DNA of 64,000 nucleotides from contig CAWADT010000013.1 of NCBI GenBank assembly GCA_963780865.1, positions 157,189 through 221,188 of the forward strand. Reading direction: 5' to 3'. The stretch is from an uncultured Chloroflexia bacterium. Its GTDB lineage: Bacteria; Chloroflexota; Anaerolineae; Anaerolineales; RBG-16-64-43. Below, piece after piece: positions 29,014-39,843 of this stretch. The stretch's first letter is position 1. The number at the start of each line of letters is the position of its first letter. The notes below the pieces were generated by a model, which had not been told where the DNA came from, did no database searches, and worked only from the letters and a program-made list of their open reading frames with translations. A program made the position numbers and the translations under genes.

Positions 29014-29697
29014 ATGTTCTGGTTCTTGTCCGTAGTCATTGTCCTCATCGGATATATTCTTGGATCGATTCCCAGCGGCGCATGGATCGTGCGGATCGCC
29101 ACCGGCAGGGATATCCGCAATATCGGCAGCGGCCGCACCGGAGGCACCAATGCCATGCGAGCCGGGGGATCGCTGGCCGGTTTGGCCACCGGTGTGCTTG
29201 ATGTGTTGAAAAGTTTTCTCGCCATACAGCTTTGCCGGTGGATCCTCCCGGGGAATTTTTTGCTGGAAGCTCTGACGGGGATGGCTGCCGTCCTTGGACA
29301 TAATTATTCCTTGTTCCTTGTGGAATGGAAGGATTCCAAAATCGGAAAAATTCCTATTTTTCACGGGGGAGCGGGCGGGGCTCCCACGCTTGGCGCGGCT
29401 ACCGCTTTCTGGTTTCCCAGTTTGTTCATCGTCCTTCCGGTAGGTTTGCTGGTTTTTGTCTTCATCGGGTATGCGTCCGTTACCACCTTGGTAGGCGGAC
29501 TCACCGTGTTCATCATTTTTACCATCCGCGCGGCGCTCGGTTACTCTTCCAAATGGTATGTGGTATTCGGCGGAGTCACTTTGTTTTTGCTTGCCTGGTC
29601 GCTGCGTCCCAATATCGTGCGGCTGTTTAGCGGAACGGAACGCGTCGTGGGATTGCGGACTTGGATCCGGCGGGACGATAAACACCCGCCCGAATAG
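29014..29697 (+). CDS. plsY: Glycerol-3-phosphate acyltransferase PlsY
   Basis: Internal start MFWFLSVVIVLIGYILGSIPSGAWI. Motifs GSGRTGGTNAMRAGG and VLGHNYSLFL are present. The 5' part of the listed ORF 28390.. is antisense to rpsT. Confidence 0.9.
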   Translation: MFWFLSVVIVLIGYILGSIPSGAWIVRIATGRDIRNIGSGRTGGTNAMRAGGSLAGLATGVLDVLKSFLAIQLCRWILPGNFLLEALTGMAAVLGHNYSLFLVEWKDSKIGKIPIFHGGAGGAPTLGAATAFWFPSLFIVLPVGLLVFVFIGYASVTTLVGGLTVFIIFTIRAALGYSSKWYVVFGGVTLFLLAWSLRPNIVRLFSGTERVVGLRTWIRRDDKHPPE

Positions 29698-29700
29698 GGG

Positions 29701-30537
29701 TCAACGACCGAGCGCAAGGATCAGGATGATGACGGCCAAGCCGTCGATGAAGAGGTATTCGAGGACGACCGAACGGTAGTTTTTCTCCTTGACCCGGGCC
29801 TGGGCGATGCCCACGCACGTGTGCGTGGCGAGGGTCAGCAGCAGGCCGAACGTCACCGAGGACAGCGGAAGAAAGAAGAGGGGGAGAGCCAACTCCGAAA
29901 CCAGTAACCCGATCCCCAGCGGGAAATACCGATTGGCGGAGAACAGCGGACCGGAGAGGTCCATCAATCGCATCGCGATCGCCCAGACCAATATCGCGAT
30001 CAACGGGAGCGCAAACGCCAAACGGGATTCGCTGGCGTGAAGCGCGCTCAGGATGATCGCCAGCAGCGTTAATCCCAGAATATTCAACCCCACGGCGGCC
30101 AGGTCGTAGTGCGCTTCTTCGCGATCGATGACGAAATATTCACCCACGACGCTCAAGGATAATAACGCGGTCACGGCCGTGAGCCCCAGCCACCATCGGG
30201 GCCCGGAAGGGAAGAGGCTCATGGCGGCACTGCCTCCCAGCGCAGCCATGCCCGGAAGAATCCAATGACGCACGGTGGAATATTTTCTAGCCTGCGGTCC
30301 GGCCAGAAGGGGATGGGAACGGAAGATATATTCCGATCCGACCACCACCAGAAGCGCCAGCAGCAGCATAAACGGCAGCCGGCCGTTGATTTCAACCGCC
30401 CATTGGACGTTTCCCACCGTCAGCCGGAAACCGCGGCTGGGGATATCCACAAACCTTGAAATGGCGTTCACGAGCAGGATCGTGGCCGATAAAATATTTA
30501 GATGGCGGATATCAATATTTATTTTATAATGCTGCAT
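29701..30537 (-). CDS. Hypothetical polytopic membrane protein
   Basis: 278-aa ORF with about 7-8 hydrophobic segments. No family recognised. Confidence 0.5.
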   Translation of the reverse strand: MQHYKINIDIRHLNILSATILLVNAISRFVDIPSRGFRLTVGNVQWAVEINGRLPFMLLLALLVVVGSEYIFRSHPLLAGPQARKYSTVRHWILPGMAALGGSAAMSLFPSGPRWWLGLTAVTALLSLSVVGEYFVIDREEAHYDLAAVGLNILGLTLLAIILSALHASESRLAFALPLIAILVWAIAMRLMDLSGPLFSANRYFPLGIGLLVSELALPLFFLPLSSVTFGLLLTLATHTCVGIAQARVKEKNYRSVVLEYLFIDGLAVIILILALGR

Positions 30538-30615
30538 GTTGAAATTCTATCACGGGGATAAGGAACGCCGGCGGGCGGGATTGCCCCGCTCCCGCACAAC
30601 CGCTGCGTAAACCCT

Positions 30616-31425
30616 ATGGTCTTTTTTCTCGCTCTTGCCGGTTTACTCGTTTCCATTTTAGTCAACGGATTGGCGGATACTCTCCCGGTGCCGGAGGATC
30701 AACCCTTCCGGTCGATGCTGCTTCCGCACTGTTCGTATTGCGGAGCCACGCGGAAGGTGTTTGATCTTTCGGCCGTTTTTTCCAGTTTCTTCCGATCCGG
30801 GGGGTGCATGCGCTGCGGTGCGCCGCGGCCGTTTCGCGACCTGACGGTGGAAGCGATCCTCATGATTTCCTTCCCGGCATTCTTTCTGTTGGGCAAGACC
30901 GGAGCCATGGATCTGTTCTGGTCGGGGTTTGTGCTCGCCGCGTTTCTGTTGTTCCTCATCATCGATTTCGAGCATCGCTTCGTCCTGGTCGGGGTGGTCG
31001 GTTTGGCGGCGTTCGTCCTGATCCTGGCGGGGGGATTGCGAGGGTATCCGGCGCTGTTACGCACTCTCGGCGGAGGAATCGCCGGGTTCCTGATCTTTCT
31101 CTTTCTTTATCTTCTGGGAGGATTGTTGGGAAGGCTTTTTCACCTTGGGGAAGGGATCGAACCGCTCGGGTTTGGCGATGTGATTCTAGCCGGACTGGTC
31201 GGCGTCGCGGTCGGCTGGCCTTCCGTTCTAATCGCCGTTCTGTTTTCCATCATTCTGGCCGGGCTGGCGGGGTTAGCCTTAATACTCGTCTCCCTCCTAA
31301 AAAGAGAATCGCCCCGAACGGCCACCATGGCGTATGGCCCGTATTTGATGATCGCAGGTCTGCTCGTCAGCTTCTACGGTGGACCATTCCTGGTATGGAT
31401 TCTGAATGGGATCACGGTATTTTAA
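30616..31425 (+). CDS. A24-family prepilin peptidase-like membrane protease
   Basis: An N-terminal Cys pairs region (CSYCGA...CMRCGA), the catalytic-type motif LGFGDVILAG and a GPYLMIAG motif are present. It is polytopic. Confidence 0.8.
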   Translation: MVFFLALAGLLVSILVNGLADTLPVPEDQPFRSMLLPHCSYCGATRKVFDLSAVFSSFFRSGGCMRCGAPRPFRDLTVEAILMISFPAFFLLGKTGAMDLFWSGFVLAAFLLFLIIDFEHRFVLVGVVGLAAFVLILAGGLRGYPALLRTLGGGIAGFLIFLFLYLLGGLLGRLFHLGEGIEPLGFGDVILAGLVGVAVGWPSVLIAVLFSIILAGLAGLALILVSLLKRESPRTATMAYGPYLMIAGLLVSFYGGPFLVWILNGITVF

Positions 31426-31499
31426 CGACCTGTAACTATTGATAAAAAAGGAGGCCGGAGTTTATTCTCCGGCCTCCTTTTTTTCCAATATTCATCGGC

Positions 31500-32438
31500 C
31501 TACGCGGTTGAAGACCGCTTTTTGCGCGTAAACCAATTTTCCCATTCGCGGTTTTCCCAAACGACCAGAATGGCCGCGGCGTTGAAGATCGAGGAATACG
31601 CGCCGCTGGCCATGCCGACCAGCAGAATAATCACAAAGTGCCTGGTCGTGACGCCGCCGAACAGGGATAGCGCCAGCAGCGTGAGGAGCACCGTCAAGGT
31701 AGTATTGATGGATCGGTCGAGGGTCTGAACGATGCTGTGATTGACAACTTTTTCGAAGGGGGAATAGCGGTATTTATTTTGATTCTCGCGGATGCGGTCG
31801 AACACCACAATGGTGTCGTGCACGGAAAAACCGATGACCGTCAATACGGCGGTCAGGAACAACGCGTCCGCCTCCCAGCCCAGGACCAACCCCAGGATGG
31901 CCGCGACCCCAATCAACACGAGCACGTCGTGCACCAGCGCGGTGACGGCCGCTAACCCGTACCGAAACGCATGCGGGAGCCCGCGGAAGGCGAACCAGAC
32001 GTAGAGCGCGATTCCAATGGAAGCCAAAGCGACCGCGCCCGCCGCGCGCTGGGCGACTTCGCTCCCCACGGCGGCGCCCACGTTATCCGAAGAGATTGTC
32101 GTTACCTTTCCGAAACTCGTCTCCAGTGCCGTCTAAATCTTGGTAATCGTCGCCTGATCCACCTGCTGAAGGTGCAAAATGACCCCATCGGTTCCGCTAG
32201 TCTGGACTTGGATTGCTCCCAGACCTTGTCCCGTCGAATCGATTGTGACGGTGCTCAGGGCGGCTCGCACCTGATCCGGCGCGGGCGCGGTTCCGGAGGA
32301 GAATTGATACTCCAGCACGGTCCCGCCGGTGAAATCGATGGATGGCTTCAACCCGCCCAGCGCCAGCGCGATCAACCCGGGGATAATGACGGCCAGCGAA
32401 AGGCCGAAGAACCAGTACCGTTTTCCGATAATGTTCAT
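31500..32438 (-). pseudogene. secF: Protein translocase subunit SecF with an in-frame TAG at codon 102 (32133-32135)
   Basis: ORFs 32133..32438 and 31500..32081 are in the same frame (939 nt = 313 codons). Read-through gives ...QQVDQATITKI*TALETSFGKVTTISSDNVGAAVGSEVAQRA.... The start overlaps the secD stop as ATGA. Confidence 0.85.
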
Positions 32439-33934
32439 TCCGCGCTCTCCGTGGAATTTTGAGTTTCATCCGCAATCCCGAACCAGGAATGACGGGTGGA
32501 GAAATCGATCCGGTCCAGCACCAGGTGGAGCAGATTTCTCGTCACCACAATGGCCGTGAACATGCTGACCAGGACGCCCGCGGCCAACGTGATCGCAAAC
32601 CCCTTGACGATGCTGGCGCCGAAGGTACCGCCGAACCACACCAGAATGCCGCAGGTGATGAGGGTGGAAATGTTTGAATCCCGTATGGAAGGCCAGGCGC
32701 GGGAAAAACCCGCTTCGACCGCGTCTCGCAGGATTTTTCCGCCGCGCAATTCCTCTTTCATGCGTTCGAAGATCAGAATGTTCGCGTCGACGGCCATGCC
32801 CACCGAAAGAATGAACCCCGCGATGCCCGGCAAACTGAACGTGACGGGAATGATTCGGTAGACGGTCAAACTCGTTACCGCATACATGAGCAACGCCAGG
32901 TCCGCCACGGCGCCCGGCAGCCGGTAATACAGCACCATGAACAGGACGACAGCCAGGAGGCCGATCATCCCGGCGATCAGCGATCGACGGAGGGAATCCT
33001 GCCCCAGGGTTGGGCCGATGGTCTGCTCCCGGATAACCTTAAGCGGGACGGGCAACGCGCCGTAAGAGAGCCAGATGGCCAATTGGTTTGCCTCGCTTAC
33101 GGTAAAGGCGCCGGAGATTTGGCCGCTCCCGCTGGGGATCGGTTCGTTCACTTTTGGACAGGAAACGATGGATTTATCCAAAACAATGGCCAGATACCAG
33201 CCGACATGATTGGCTGTGTAATCGGCGAAGATTTTGGCGCCCTCCGGCGTAAGCGTAAAATTCACCGCCGGTTGATTCGCGGAATCGGTTCCGACGGAAG
33301 CGGTTTGCAGCATTGCGCCGGTCATAATCGTGTGGTAGACCGCCCCGGGAACCGGCGTCCTGGCCGCTTGCGGAGTTCCTCCAAGCAGGGCGCTGAGATT
33401 GGGAGTTCCGGAAGGCAGCGGGGTGGGCGTAATTGGCGTTTCGGTCGGAGTGGGCGTGGGCGTGGGTGGCGTAACGGTGCCTGGAAGGGAAGAGCCCTCT
33501 GCGGTGGGAGTCGCTTCGGAACCGACTAGGTGGTCGGTCACAATCGATTGATTGGGATCCAAATAGTATTGTGTTTCGACGAATTCCAGCAACGCCGTGT
33601 TCTGGATCAGCTTCACGGCTTCGGCCGGGTTGTCATACCCTGGAAGCTCGGCGACGATCCGTCGCGGCAGGGAAACCTGGACGACGGCTTCGCTGACTCC
33701 CAGGGCGTTGACGCGGCTGGAAATCACCGAGGCGGCGACATTCATGGAATCGGCGGAGACGGATTGGCTGGATGGCAGATCGGCTTCCAGAAGGACTTCA
33801 ATTCCCCCTTGTAGATCCAGCCCCTGGCGGATGTGCCAATCGAATCCGAGGATCTGGATTCTGGACGGCACGTTAACGACAATGTCCACCGCCAAAACGA
33901 TGCCGATGATGATCCACATGACCGTGCGATTCAT
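32435..33934 (-). CDS. secD: Protein translocase subunit SecD (with a PT-rich insertion in the periplasmic domain)
   Basis: 499 aa with GLDLQGGIEVLLEA, IGPTLGQDSL and GFILSVGMAVDANILIFERMKEE. The insertion reads TVTPPTPTPTPTETPITPTPLPSGTP. Confidence 0.9.
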   Translation of the reverse strand: MNRTVMWIIIGIVLAVDIVVNVPSRIQILGFDWHIRQGLDLQGGIEVLLEADLPSSQSVSADSMNVAASVISSRVNALGVSEAVVQVSLPRRIVAELPGYDNPAEAVKLIQNTALLEFVETQYYLDPNQSIVTDHLVGSEATPTAEGSSLPGTVTPPTPTPTPTETPITPTPLPSGTPNLSALLGGTPQAARTPVPGAVYHTIMTGAMLQTASVGTDSANQPAVNFTLTPEGAKIFADYTANHVGWYLAIVLDKSIVSCPKVNEPIPSGSGQISGAFTVSEANQLAIWLSYGALPVPLKVIREQTIGPTLGQDSLRRSLIAGMIGLLAVVLFMVLYYRLPGAVADLALLMYAVTSLTVYRIIPVTFSLPGIAGFILSVGMAVDANILIFERMKEELRGGKILRDAVEAGFSRAWPSIRDSNISTLITCGILVWFGGTFGASIVKGFAITLAAGVLVSMFTAIVVTRNLLHLVLDRIDFSTRHSWFGIADETQNSTESAE

Positions 33935-34013
33935 GCGCGCCTACCTCCATGCAGAAAAATATCTGCCCGGGCATCCACGCCTTTCGCCGCAACAGGCAGA
34001 CGGCGACATTATA

Positions 34014-34847
34014 TCACCCGTTTCGCCGCTTTTTGGAAAGTAACCATGTCCGTTGCAGCGACGGCAGATCCTTCACCGTGAGGGTTGGTTTGATTTTCCC
34101 GGCCCGCAATTCCTTGCGGGAGGACACTCCGGTCAGAATGAGGATGCTTTTTATTCCGGCTCTTTGCGCGCCCAGAATATCGGTTTCCAGCCGGTCCCCC
34201 AACGCCGCCAGACGCGTTTTGGGAACTCCTATTTTGTTGAAGGCGGTCTGAAATAACGACGGAAATGGTTTACCGATGATCATCGGTTTCACGCCGCTGG
34301 CGGCGGTCAGGGCGGCCAGGATGGCGCCGTTCCCGTGCGCGATTCCCCGTTCGGTGGGGAACGTCAGATCCGGATTCGTTCCGATGAACCGCGCCCCCGC
34401 GCGCAGATTGATGGTCGCGGTGGCGAGCTTCTGCCAGCTCAACGCGCGATCCATTCCGCATGCGACGTAGTCGGCTCGCAATTCGTCGGGACCTGCCACC
34501 CGCAAGCCGGACTCTTCGACCGCGCGGAGCAAGCCTTCTTCGCCGATGACGAAAACCGTTTGCCCGGGCCGGGCGATGGATTGTAGATATTCGGCTGTCG
34601 CCGTCGCGGACGTGATGATTTCCTCGCGGCGCACTTCCGCGCCCATCCGGGCGAGTTTTTGAACGTAACTTTCCGGCGTCAGGCTTGCGTTGTTGGTTGC
34701 GAGGATGAAACGAATGGCTTGCGATCGGAGGAACGCCAGGAATTCCGGCATTCCCGGGAGGGGAGTTTCGCCTTCCCAGAGAACGCCGTCCATATCAAGG
34801 ATTAACCCATTCAGGCTGGCGAGCCATTGTGCGGGGGTAGAAGCCAT
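34014..34847 (-). CDS. HAD-IIA family hydrolase (NagD-like sugar phosphatase)
   Basis: Motifs LILDMDGVLW, FILATNNAS and GDRLETDILGA are present. The start is taken at MASTPAQW. Confidence 0.8.
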   Translation of the reverse strand: MASTPAQWLASLNGLILDMDGVLWEGETPLPGMPEFLAFLRSQAIRFILATNNASLTPESYVQKLARMGAEVRREEIITSATATAEYLQSIARPGQTVFVIGEEGLLRAVEESGLRVAGPDELRADYVACGMDRALSWQKLATATINLRAGARFIGTNPDLTFPTERGIAHGNGAILAALTAASGVKPMIIGKPFPSLFQTAFNKIGVPKTRLAALGDRLETDILGAQRAGIKSILILTGVSSRKELRAGKIKPTLTVKDLPSLQRTWLLSKKRRNG

Positions 34848-34955
34848 AACGCAGCGGTTATCCCGCATTCGCGGGATGATCCTTCCCACCCCGCTGGCGG
34901 CGTGAAAACGCGGGTGTTGTGCCCTGCCAGACCGTGCGGCTTGCAGCGCGGTGGT

Positions 34956-35594
34956 TCATTTCTTGGAGGATTTCGCCGCCTCTTCCGGTTTTTCCGAACT
35001 GAGCACGTGATCCACAAACCCGTATGCGGCCGCCGCTGGGGCGTCCATGTAGAAATCCCGGTCCGTATCGCGCTCGATTACTTCGAGGGTCTGTCCGGTG
35101 TGCTTGACGAGGATCCGGTTGACCAGGAGGCGCAGCCGCAGGATTTCCTTGGCCTGGATCTCCACATCCGCGGCCTGCCCCTGGGCGCCGCCCAGCGGTT
35201 GATGAACGTGAATGGTTGCGTGGGGCAGGGCGTAGCGGTATCCCTTGGTGCCAGCCGCGAGCAGCACCGTGCCGAACGACGCGGAGACGCCGATGGCGTA
35301 AGTGTAGATGGGATTGGTCAATTGGATTTGCTGCATAGTGTCGTAGATGGCCAGCCCCGCATAGACCTGGCCTCCCGGGGAATTAATGTACATATGGATT
35401 TCTTTTTCGGAATCTTCGTGGTTGAGGATCAGCAACTGGGCCACGATGCTGTAGGCCACAAGTTCGTCGATCGGCGTGCCCAGGAAAATAATCCGTTCCT
35501 TGAATAATTTGGAGGGAATATCGTAAACGCGCTCCCCCCGGGGAGTGGTCTCGATGAAACTGGGATTGACGGATAACGGATTGATGATGGGCAT
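34956..35594 (-). CDS. clpP: ATP-dependent Clp protease proteolytic subunit
   Basis: 212 aa with RIIFLGTPIDE, INSPGGQVYAGLAIYDTMQ, GVSASFGTVLLAAG and IHVHQPLGG. Confidence 0.95.
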   Translation of the reverse strand: MPIINPLSVNPSFIETTPRGERVYDIPSKLFKERIIFLGTPIDELVAYSIVAQLLILNHEDSEKEIHMYINSPGGQVYAGLAIYDTMQQIQLTNPIYTYAIGVSASFGTVLLAAGTKGYRYALPHATIHVHQPLGGAQGQAADVEIQAKEILRLRLLVNRILVKHTGQTLEVIERDTDRDFYMDAPAAAAYGFVDHVLSSEKPEEAAKSSKK

Positions 35595-35618
35595 GGCAAA
35601 CCTCCAAGAAAGCGGGTG

Positions 35619-36950
35619 TTAAGATTCCGGCAGGGCGGGCGCCGTGCCCCGTCCGATCTCGGTAACTCGTTTTACAATCAAACGAGTAAGAACATCGTTA
35701 GCGGCCAATTGGCGCAGCGTATCCTCGATGGAATTCTTGGTTTTGGCGTTCCCGGATTTGCCTTCCGATACCACCGATTGGTATACCTTAAGCTGCGCGT
35801 CGATTTCCTCTTGGGCCGGCTCGAGCTTCTCCCGCTTGACCAACTCGGTCAGCAGCAGCCGACGGATGAGCTTGCGCTGCGCTTCAGGTTCGATCTGTTT
35901 GCGCAGGCCGGCCATGCCTTCCGGGATCGTCCGCAGATACACTTCCAGCGAGGTTTTCCGCTGTTCGAGGCGTCGGGAGAGGGTTTGAACCTCTTCGTCG
36001 ATCTCCTCCTCGAGCAGAGCCGGCGGATACTTGATGGACGCGCCATCGGTCATTTTTTCCATAACCGAATCGGCGTATTCTTCCTCGCGCGATTCCAGCG
36101 CGCGGGTTTTCAGGCGCGTGCGGACGTGCTCGCGAAGCTCCTCCAGCGAGGAAAACTCGCTGACCGCTTTGACGATGTCTTCGCTCCACTCGGGGATCTG
36201 GCGCACTTTGACCCCCAGACATTTCACCGCGAGCTGCGCGCGCAACCCCCTCAGGCGGGCGATGGGGAAGGAATCCGGATACTGGACCTCGACGTTGCGG
36301 TTTTCCCCTTCCGAGATTCCCTCGAGTTTGGGCCCGGCCCCGGGATACCGCCCTCCCAGATTTTCGTCCAGAATCAATTCCTGCGGATTCTCCTCGCTGT
36401 CAAACACCAGCGGCTCGGGCTTTTTGTTCTCCTCCAGGACCGCGGCATGCACTTCCGCCAGGACCACGTCCCCTTTTTGCGCGGGGCGTTCGACGGGCTC
36501 CAAAATAGATTGTGATTCTCTCAGCTGCTCGAGTGTTTTTTCCACTTCCGTTTCGGGGATGGCCGGTTCCTCGAAGGGCAGGCGGATGGATCGGTACTCC
36601 CCAACGTCGACCACCGGTTTCGTGGGCACCAGAAACTCCAGGGTCAGCGGAGCGCGCGAAACAATCCGTTTCATCGTCCCCACCGCCGAAGGTTCGATCG
36701 CCTGTTCTTCGAGCGCTTTGCGGTAGATTTCCGGTCCGAGGGTGTCCAGCGCTTCGTCCAGGATCGCTTCCTCGCCGAAGGCGTTCACCACCACCGAATA
36801 CGGCGCCTTGCCTTTCCGAAAGCCGGGAAGGTTGCTCTTGGCCGACATCCGCTGGGCGGCTTTGTGCATCGCGGCCTCGACCTCCGGCGGATCGATTTCC
36901 ACCGTCAGGAGCGCTTCGCACGTTTCTTTTGGTTCGACCTGAATTTTCAT
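35619..36950 (-). CDS. tig: Trigger factor
   Basis: Internal start MKIQVEPKETCEALLTVEI. The motif GFRKGKAPYSVV is present, and the gene sits directly upstream of clpP. The listed ORF extends spuriously to 37154 across the tRNA. Confidence 0.9.
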   Translation of the reverse strand: MKIQVEPKETCEALLTVEIDPPEVEAAMHKAAQRMSAKSNLPGFRKGKAPYSVVVNAFGEEAILDEALDTLGPEIYRKALEEQAIEPSAVGTMKRIVSRAPLTLEFLVPTKPVVDVGEYRSIRLPFEEPAIPETEVEKTLEQLRESQSILEPVERPAQKGDVVLAEVHAAVLEENKKPEPLVFDSEENPQELILDENLGGRYPGAGPKLEGISEGENRNVEVQYPDSFPIARLRGLRAQLAVKCLGVKVRQIPEWSEDIVKAVSEFSSLEELREHVRTRLKTRALESREEEYADSVMEKMTDGASIKYPPALLEEEIDEEVQTLSRRLEQRKTSLEVYLRTIPEGMAGLRKQIEPEAQRKLIRRLLLTELVKREKLEPAQEEIDAQLKVYQSVVSEGKSGNAKTKNSIEDTLRQLAANDVLTRLIVKRVTEIGRGTAPALPES

Positions 36951-37021
36951 TCCCAAAAGGTTCCTTTTCCGTGGGGAAAAAATTTCGCGGCGGCTAGGCA
37001 TCGCGAAGGATTGCCGCGAGG

Positions 37022-37103
37022 TGGGGAAGGAGGGACTTGAACCCTCACGCCTTGCGGCACATGATCCTAAGTCATGCCTGTCTGCCAGTTCCAGCACTTC
37101 CCC
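37022..37103 (-). tRNA. tRNA-Leu (anticodon UAG), class II with a long variable arm; CCA is not encoded
   Basis: Hand-folded from the minus strand: GGGGAAG-TG-CTG/GAACTGGCAGA/CAG-G-CATGA/CTTAGGA/TCATG-TGCCGCAAGGCGT-GAGGG/TTCAAGT/CCCTC-CTTCCCC-A. That is 82 nt with a perfect 7-bp acceptor stem and a 5-bp T stem. Confidence 0.85.
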
Positions 37104-37147
37104 GGCCGAAGGATTATAGCGCGGGGGGAAGAATCCGGGAAGATGCG

Positions 37148-37176
37148 TTGACACGTCCTGACGCTTCCCGTATCAT
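37148..37176 (+). promoter_or_regulatory. Candidate sigma70-type promoter of gyrA
   Basis: TTGACA (37148-37153), a 17-nt spacer, then TATCAT (37171-37176), about 80 nt upstream of the GTG start. Confidence 0.45.
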
Positions 37177-37258
37177 ACGCCCGCCGCGATCCGCACGTTG
37201 GGACCGGACATTTCCCCGGTTGGTTTAACTTCCCCGACCCGGCAAGAGCGAGGTAACC

Positions 37259-39796
37259 GTGAAGACAATTCCAGGCAACGTCCGCAAAGTGGATATCGAC
37301 CGCGAAGTGCAGCAATCGTACCTGGATTACGCGATGAGCGTCATCGTGGCCAGGGCGCTGCCCGACGCGCGGGACGGATTGAAACCGGTCCAGCGCCGGA
37401 TCCTGTTCGCGATGCACGATATGAATCTCTCCCCGGCCGGCGCGCATAAAAAATCCGCCCGCATCGTCGGCGAGGTGTTGGGGAAGTACCATCCGCACGG
37501 CGATATGGCCGTGTACGAAACCATGGCCCGCCTGGCCCAGGATTTTTCGATGCGGTATCTGCTGGTGGACGGGCAGGGCAACTTCGGGTCGGTGGATGGG
37601 GACCCGCCCGCGGCGATGCGATACACCGAGGCCCGGCTGGCTCCGCTTTCGATGGAACTCCTGGCCGATTTGGAAAAAGACACCGTCCGCTTCTCCTCCA
37701 ATTTTGACGAATCGCTCCGGGAACCGGAAGTGCTTCCGGCCGCGGTTCCCAATTTGCTCGTCAACGGCGCCACCGGCATCGCCGTCGGGATGGCCACCTC
37801 CATTCCTCCGCACAATCTCGGCGAAGTGTGCGACGCTCTGGTATTTATGCTGAAGTCCTGGAGCCGGCTGGATGATATTTCCGTCGAGGAGCTGACTCGC
37901 CATATTACCGGCCCCGATTTTCCGACCGGCGGGTTGATTCTCGACCCGGCCGGCAGCGAGGAGGGTTTGCTCGCGGCCTACGGATCCGGCCGCGGCAAAG
38001 TGAGCGTGCGCGCCCGGGCCCACGTGGAGGAGACCACCCGGGGCCGGTCGCGAATCCTCGTCACCGAACTTCCCTATCAGGTCAATAAAGCGGCGTTGCT
38101 CGAACGGATCGCGGAACTCGTGCGCGATGGATCCGTGGAGGGGATCGCCGATCTGCGCGACGAATCGGACCGGCGCGGGATGCGGATCGTGATCGACCTG
38201 AACCGGAACGCGGAAGCCGGAAAAGTGCTCGGCAGCCTCTACAAACGGACCCCGATGGAAACGACGTTCAGCATCAACCTGCTGGCGCTGGTCAATAACG
38301 AGCCGCGGATGCTTTCCCTCAAGCAGGCGCTGCGGGTGTTCCTCGACCACCGGCTGGAGGTGATCCGCAGGCGCAGCGCCTTCGAGTTGGCGCGCGCCAA
38401 GGAGCGCGCCAACGTCCTGGAAGGGCTGCGGATCGCGTTGAAAAATCTGGACGAAGTGGTCCGGCTGATCCGCGCGTCGAAAGATCCGGACGAAGCCAAA
38501 ATCCGACTGCAGAAACGGTTCAAACTAAGCGAGGTCCAGGCAACCGCTATTCTGGATATGCCCTTGCGCCGCCTGGCGTCGCTCGAACGGGAAAAGATCG
38601 AGCTGGAATACAAGGAGAAGCTCGCCCTAATCAAACAACTGGAGAAGATTCTCGCTTCCCCGAAACTTCTGCGTCAAACTTTGGTCGACGATTTGCTGAG
38701 GGTGAAAAAGCAATTCGCCGACGCCCGCCGCAGCGTCATTGTCAAGGGGTGGGAAAAAACGCCGGAAGCCCCGCTCACGGCGGAGGCCGCTGTCCCGGCT
38801 ACGGATTCCTGGGTTATTCTCCTGCGGGGCGGAGAACTTTCGCGAATGGAAGGAACCAAACCCTCGCCGGCGTTCGGTAAAAATCCGCCGCGGTTCATTT
38901 TGCGGGCCGGCACCCGGGATATGCTTTACCTTTTCACCGAAAAGGGGCGCGCCGCCTCTGTTCCCGTACACGCCATCCCGCTGCGTTCCTCGCCGGGGGG
39001 CGGGGTTCCATTCTCCACCTTGTGCGCCCTCGAGGCGCCCAGCCGCGTGATCGCCGGGGCGGTCGTTTCGTCGCCGGAAGAGCCGGGCGCGGAGGATCCG
39101 CGATCCATCCTGCTCCTCACCCGGAAAGGCATGGTGAAGAAAACGCCGGTCTCGGAATTGCCCGGTTCTTCCTCCCAGGTTCTGCAGGCGATGAAAGTCG
39201 CGCCGGAAGATTCGGTCGGCTGGGCGTTCGTGACTTCGGGAAAAGATGATATTCTCATGATTACCTCCGTTGGCATGAGCATCCGCTTCCGCGAGGCGGA
39301 CGTCCGTCCAATGGGCTGGGGGACGGTCGGCGTGATGGGGATGCGGTTGACAAGGCCGGAAGAGCAAGTGGCGGTTGCCGCCGTGCCTCAACCCAGGGAG
39401 GAGATCGTGCTGCTGGCCGCCAACGGTCAGGGGAAGCGAATTCCCGCCGCGCAATATCCCGTCCAGGGCAGGTATGGCATGGGAACCTCAACCTGGAAGA
39501 TTGCCGGCAAATCCCGGATTTTGGGAGGATTTTCCGGAACATCCAACGACCGATTATTCCTCGTCTTTAAGGATGGGCAAAGCAAGGCGTTGCTGCTGGA
39601 CGAGGTGCCGAGACGCACCCGCCAGGGAGCGGGGAAGAATATACTTCCGCGAAAGGAAAAAGGAGTATTGGATTCGCTCGTACCGGTTCGAATAAAAGAG
39701 CCGGCGGCTAAAAAGAGGAAAGCGGTTGCCAAACCGCACAAGGCGCCGGCCCACAGCGTGAAGCGCACAACGAAGAAGAAACGCGGGAAGAAATAG
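37259..39796 (+). CDS. gyrA: DNA gyrase subunit A with a Lys-rich C-terminal tail
   Basis: 845 aa with [41 protein letters not shown], and C-terminal beta-pinwheel repeats. The tail reads [30 protein letters not shown]. Confidence 0.97.
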   Translation: MKTIPGNVRKVDIDREVQQSYLDYAMSVIVARALPDARDGLKPVQRRILFAMHDMNLSPAGAHKKSARIVGEVLGKYHPHGDMAVYETMARLAQDFSMRYLLVDGQGNFGSVDGDPPAAMRYTEARLAPLSMELLADLEKDTVRFSSNFDESLREPEVLPAAVPNLLVNGATGIAVGMATSIPPHNLGEVCDALVFMLKSWSRLDDISVEELTRHITGPDFPTGGLILDPAGSEEGLLAAYGSGRGKVSVRARAHVEETTRGRSRILVTELPYQVNKAALLERIAELVRDGSVEGIADLRDESDRRGMRIVIDLNRNAEAGKVLGSLYKRTPMETTFSINLLALVNNEPRMLSLKQALRVFLDHRLEVIRRRSAFELARAKERANVLEGLRIALKNLDEVVRLIRASKDPDEAKIRLQKRFKLSEVQATAILDMPLRRLASLEREKIELEYKEKLALIKQLEKILASPKLLRQTLVDDLLRVKKQFADARRSVIVKGWEKTPEAPLTAEAAVPATDSWVILLRGGELSRMEGTKPSPAFGKNPPRFILRAGTRDMLYLFTEKGRAASVPVHAIPLRSSPGGGVPFSTLCALEAPSRVIAGAVVSSPEEPGAEDPRSILLLTRKGMVKKTPVSELPGSSSQVLQAMKVAPEDSVGWAFVTSGKDDILMITSVGMSIRFREADVRPMGWGTVGVMGMRLTRPEEQVAVAAVPQPREEIVLLAANGQGKRIPAAQYPVQGRYGMGTSTWKIAGKSRILGGFSGTSNDRLFLVFKDGQSKALLLDEVPRRTRQGAGKNILPRKEKGVLDSLVPVRIKEPAAKKRKAVAKPHKAPAHSVKRTTKKKRGKK

Positions 39797-39843
39797 AATC
39801 GGAGGGTGCGGGATTTCTTAAATCCCACCAATCAACTCGATCC

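Noticed and set aside
32133-32135. TAG in secF as pyrrolysine or reassigned sense codon
   Set aside because: TAG terminates several normal genes in this window at sensible positions, and no pyl genes are visible here. A point error or mutation is far more parsimonious. The site is kept as a finding only for verification.
37067-38350. 427-aa ORF on the minus strand
   Set aside because: It is entirely antisense to the well-supported gyrA and overlaps the tRNA-Leu. Its Arg/Gly/His/Pro-rich low-complexity composition is typical of antisense frames in GC-rich DNA.
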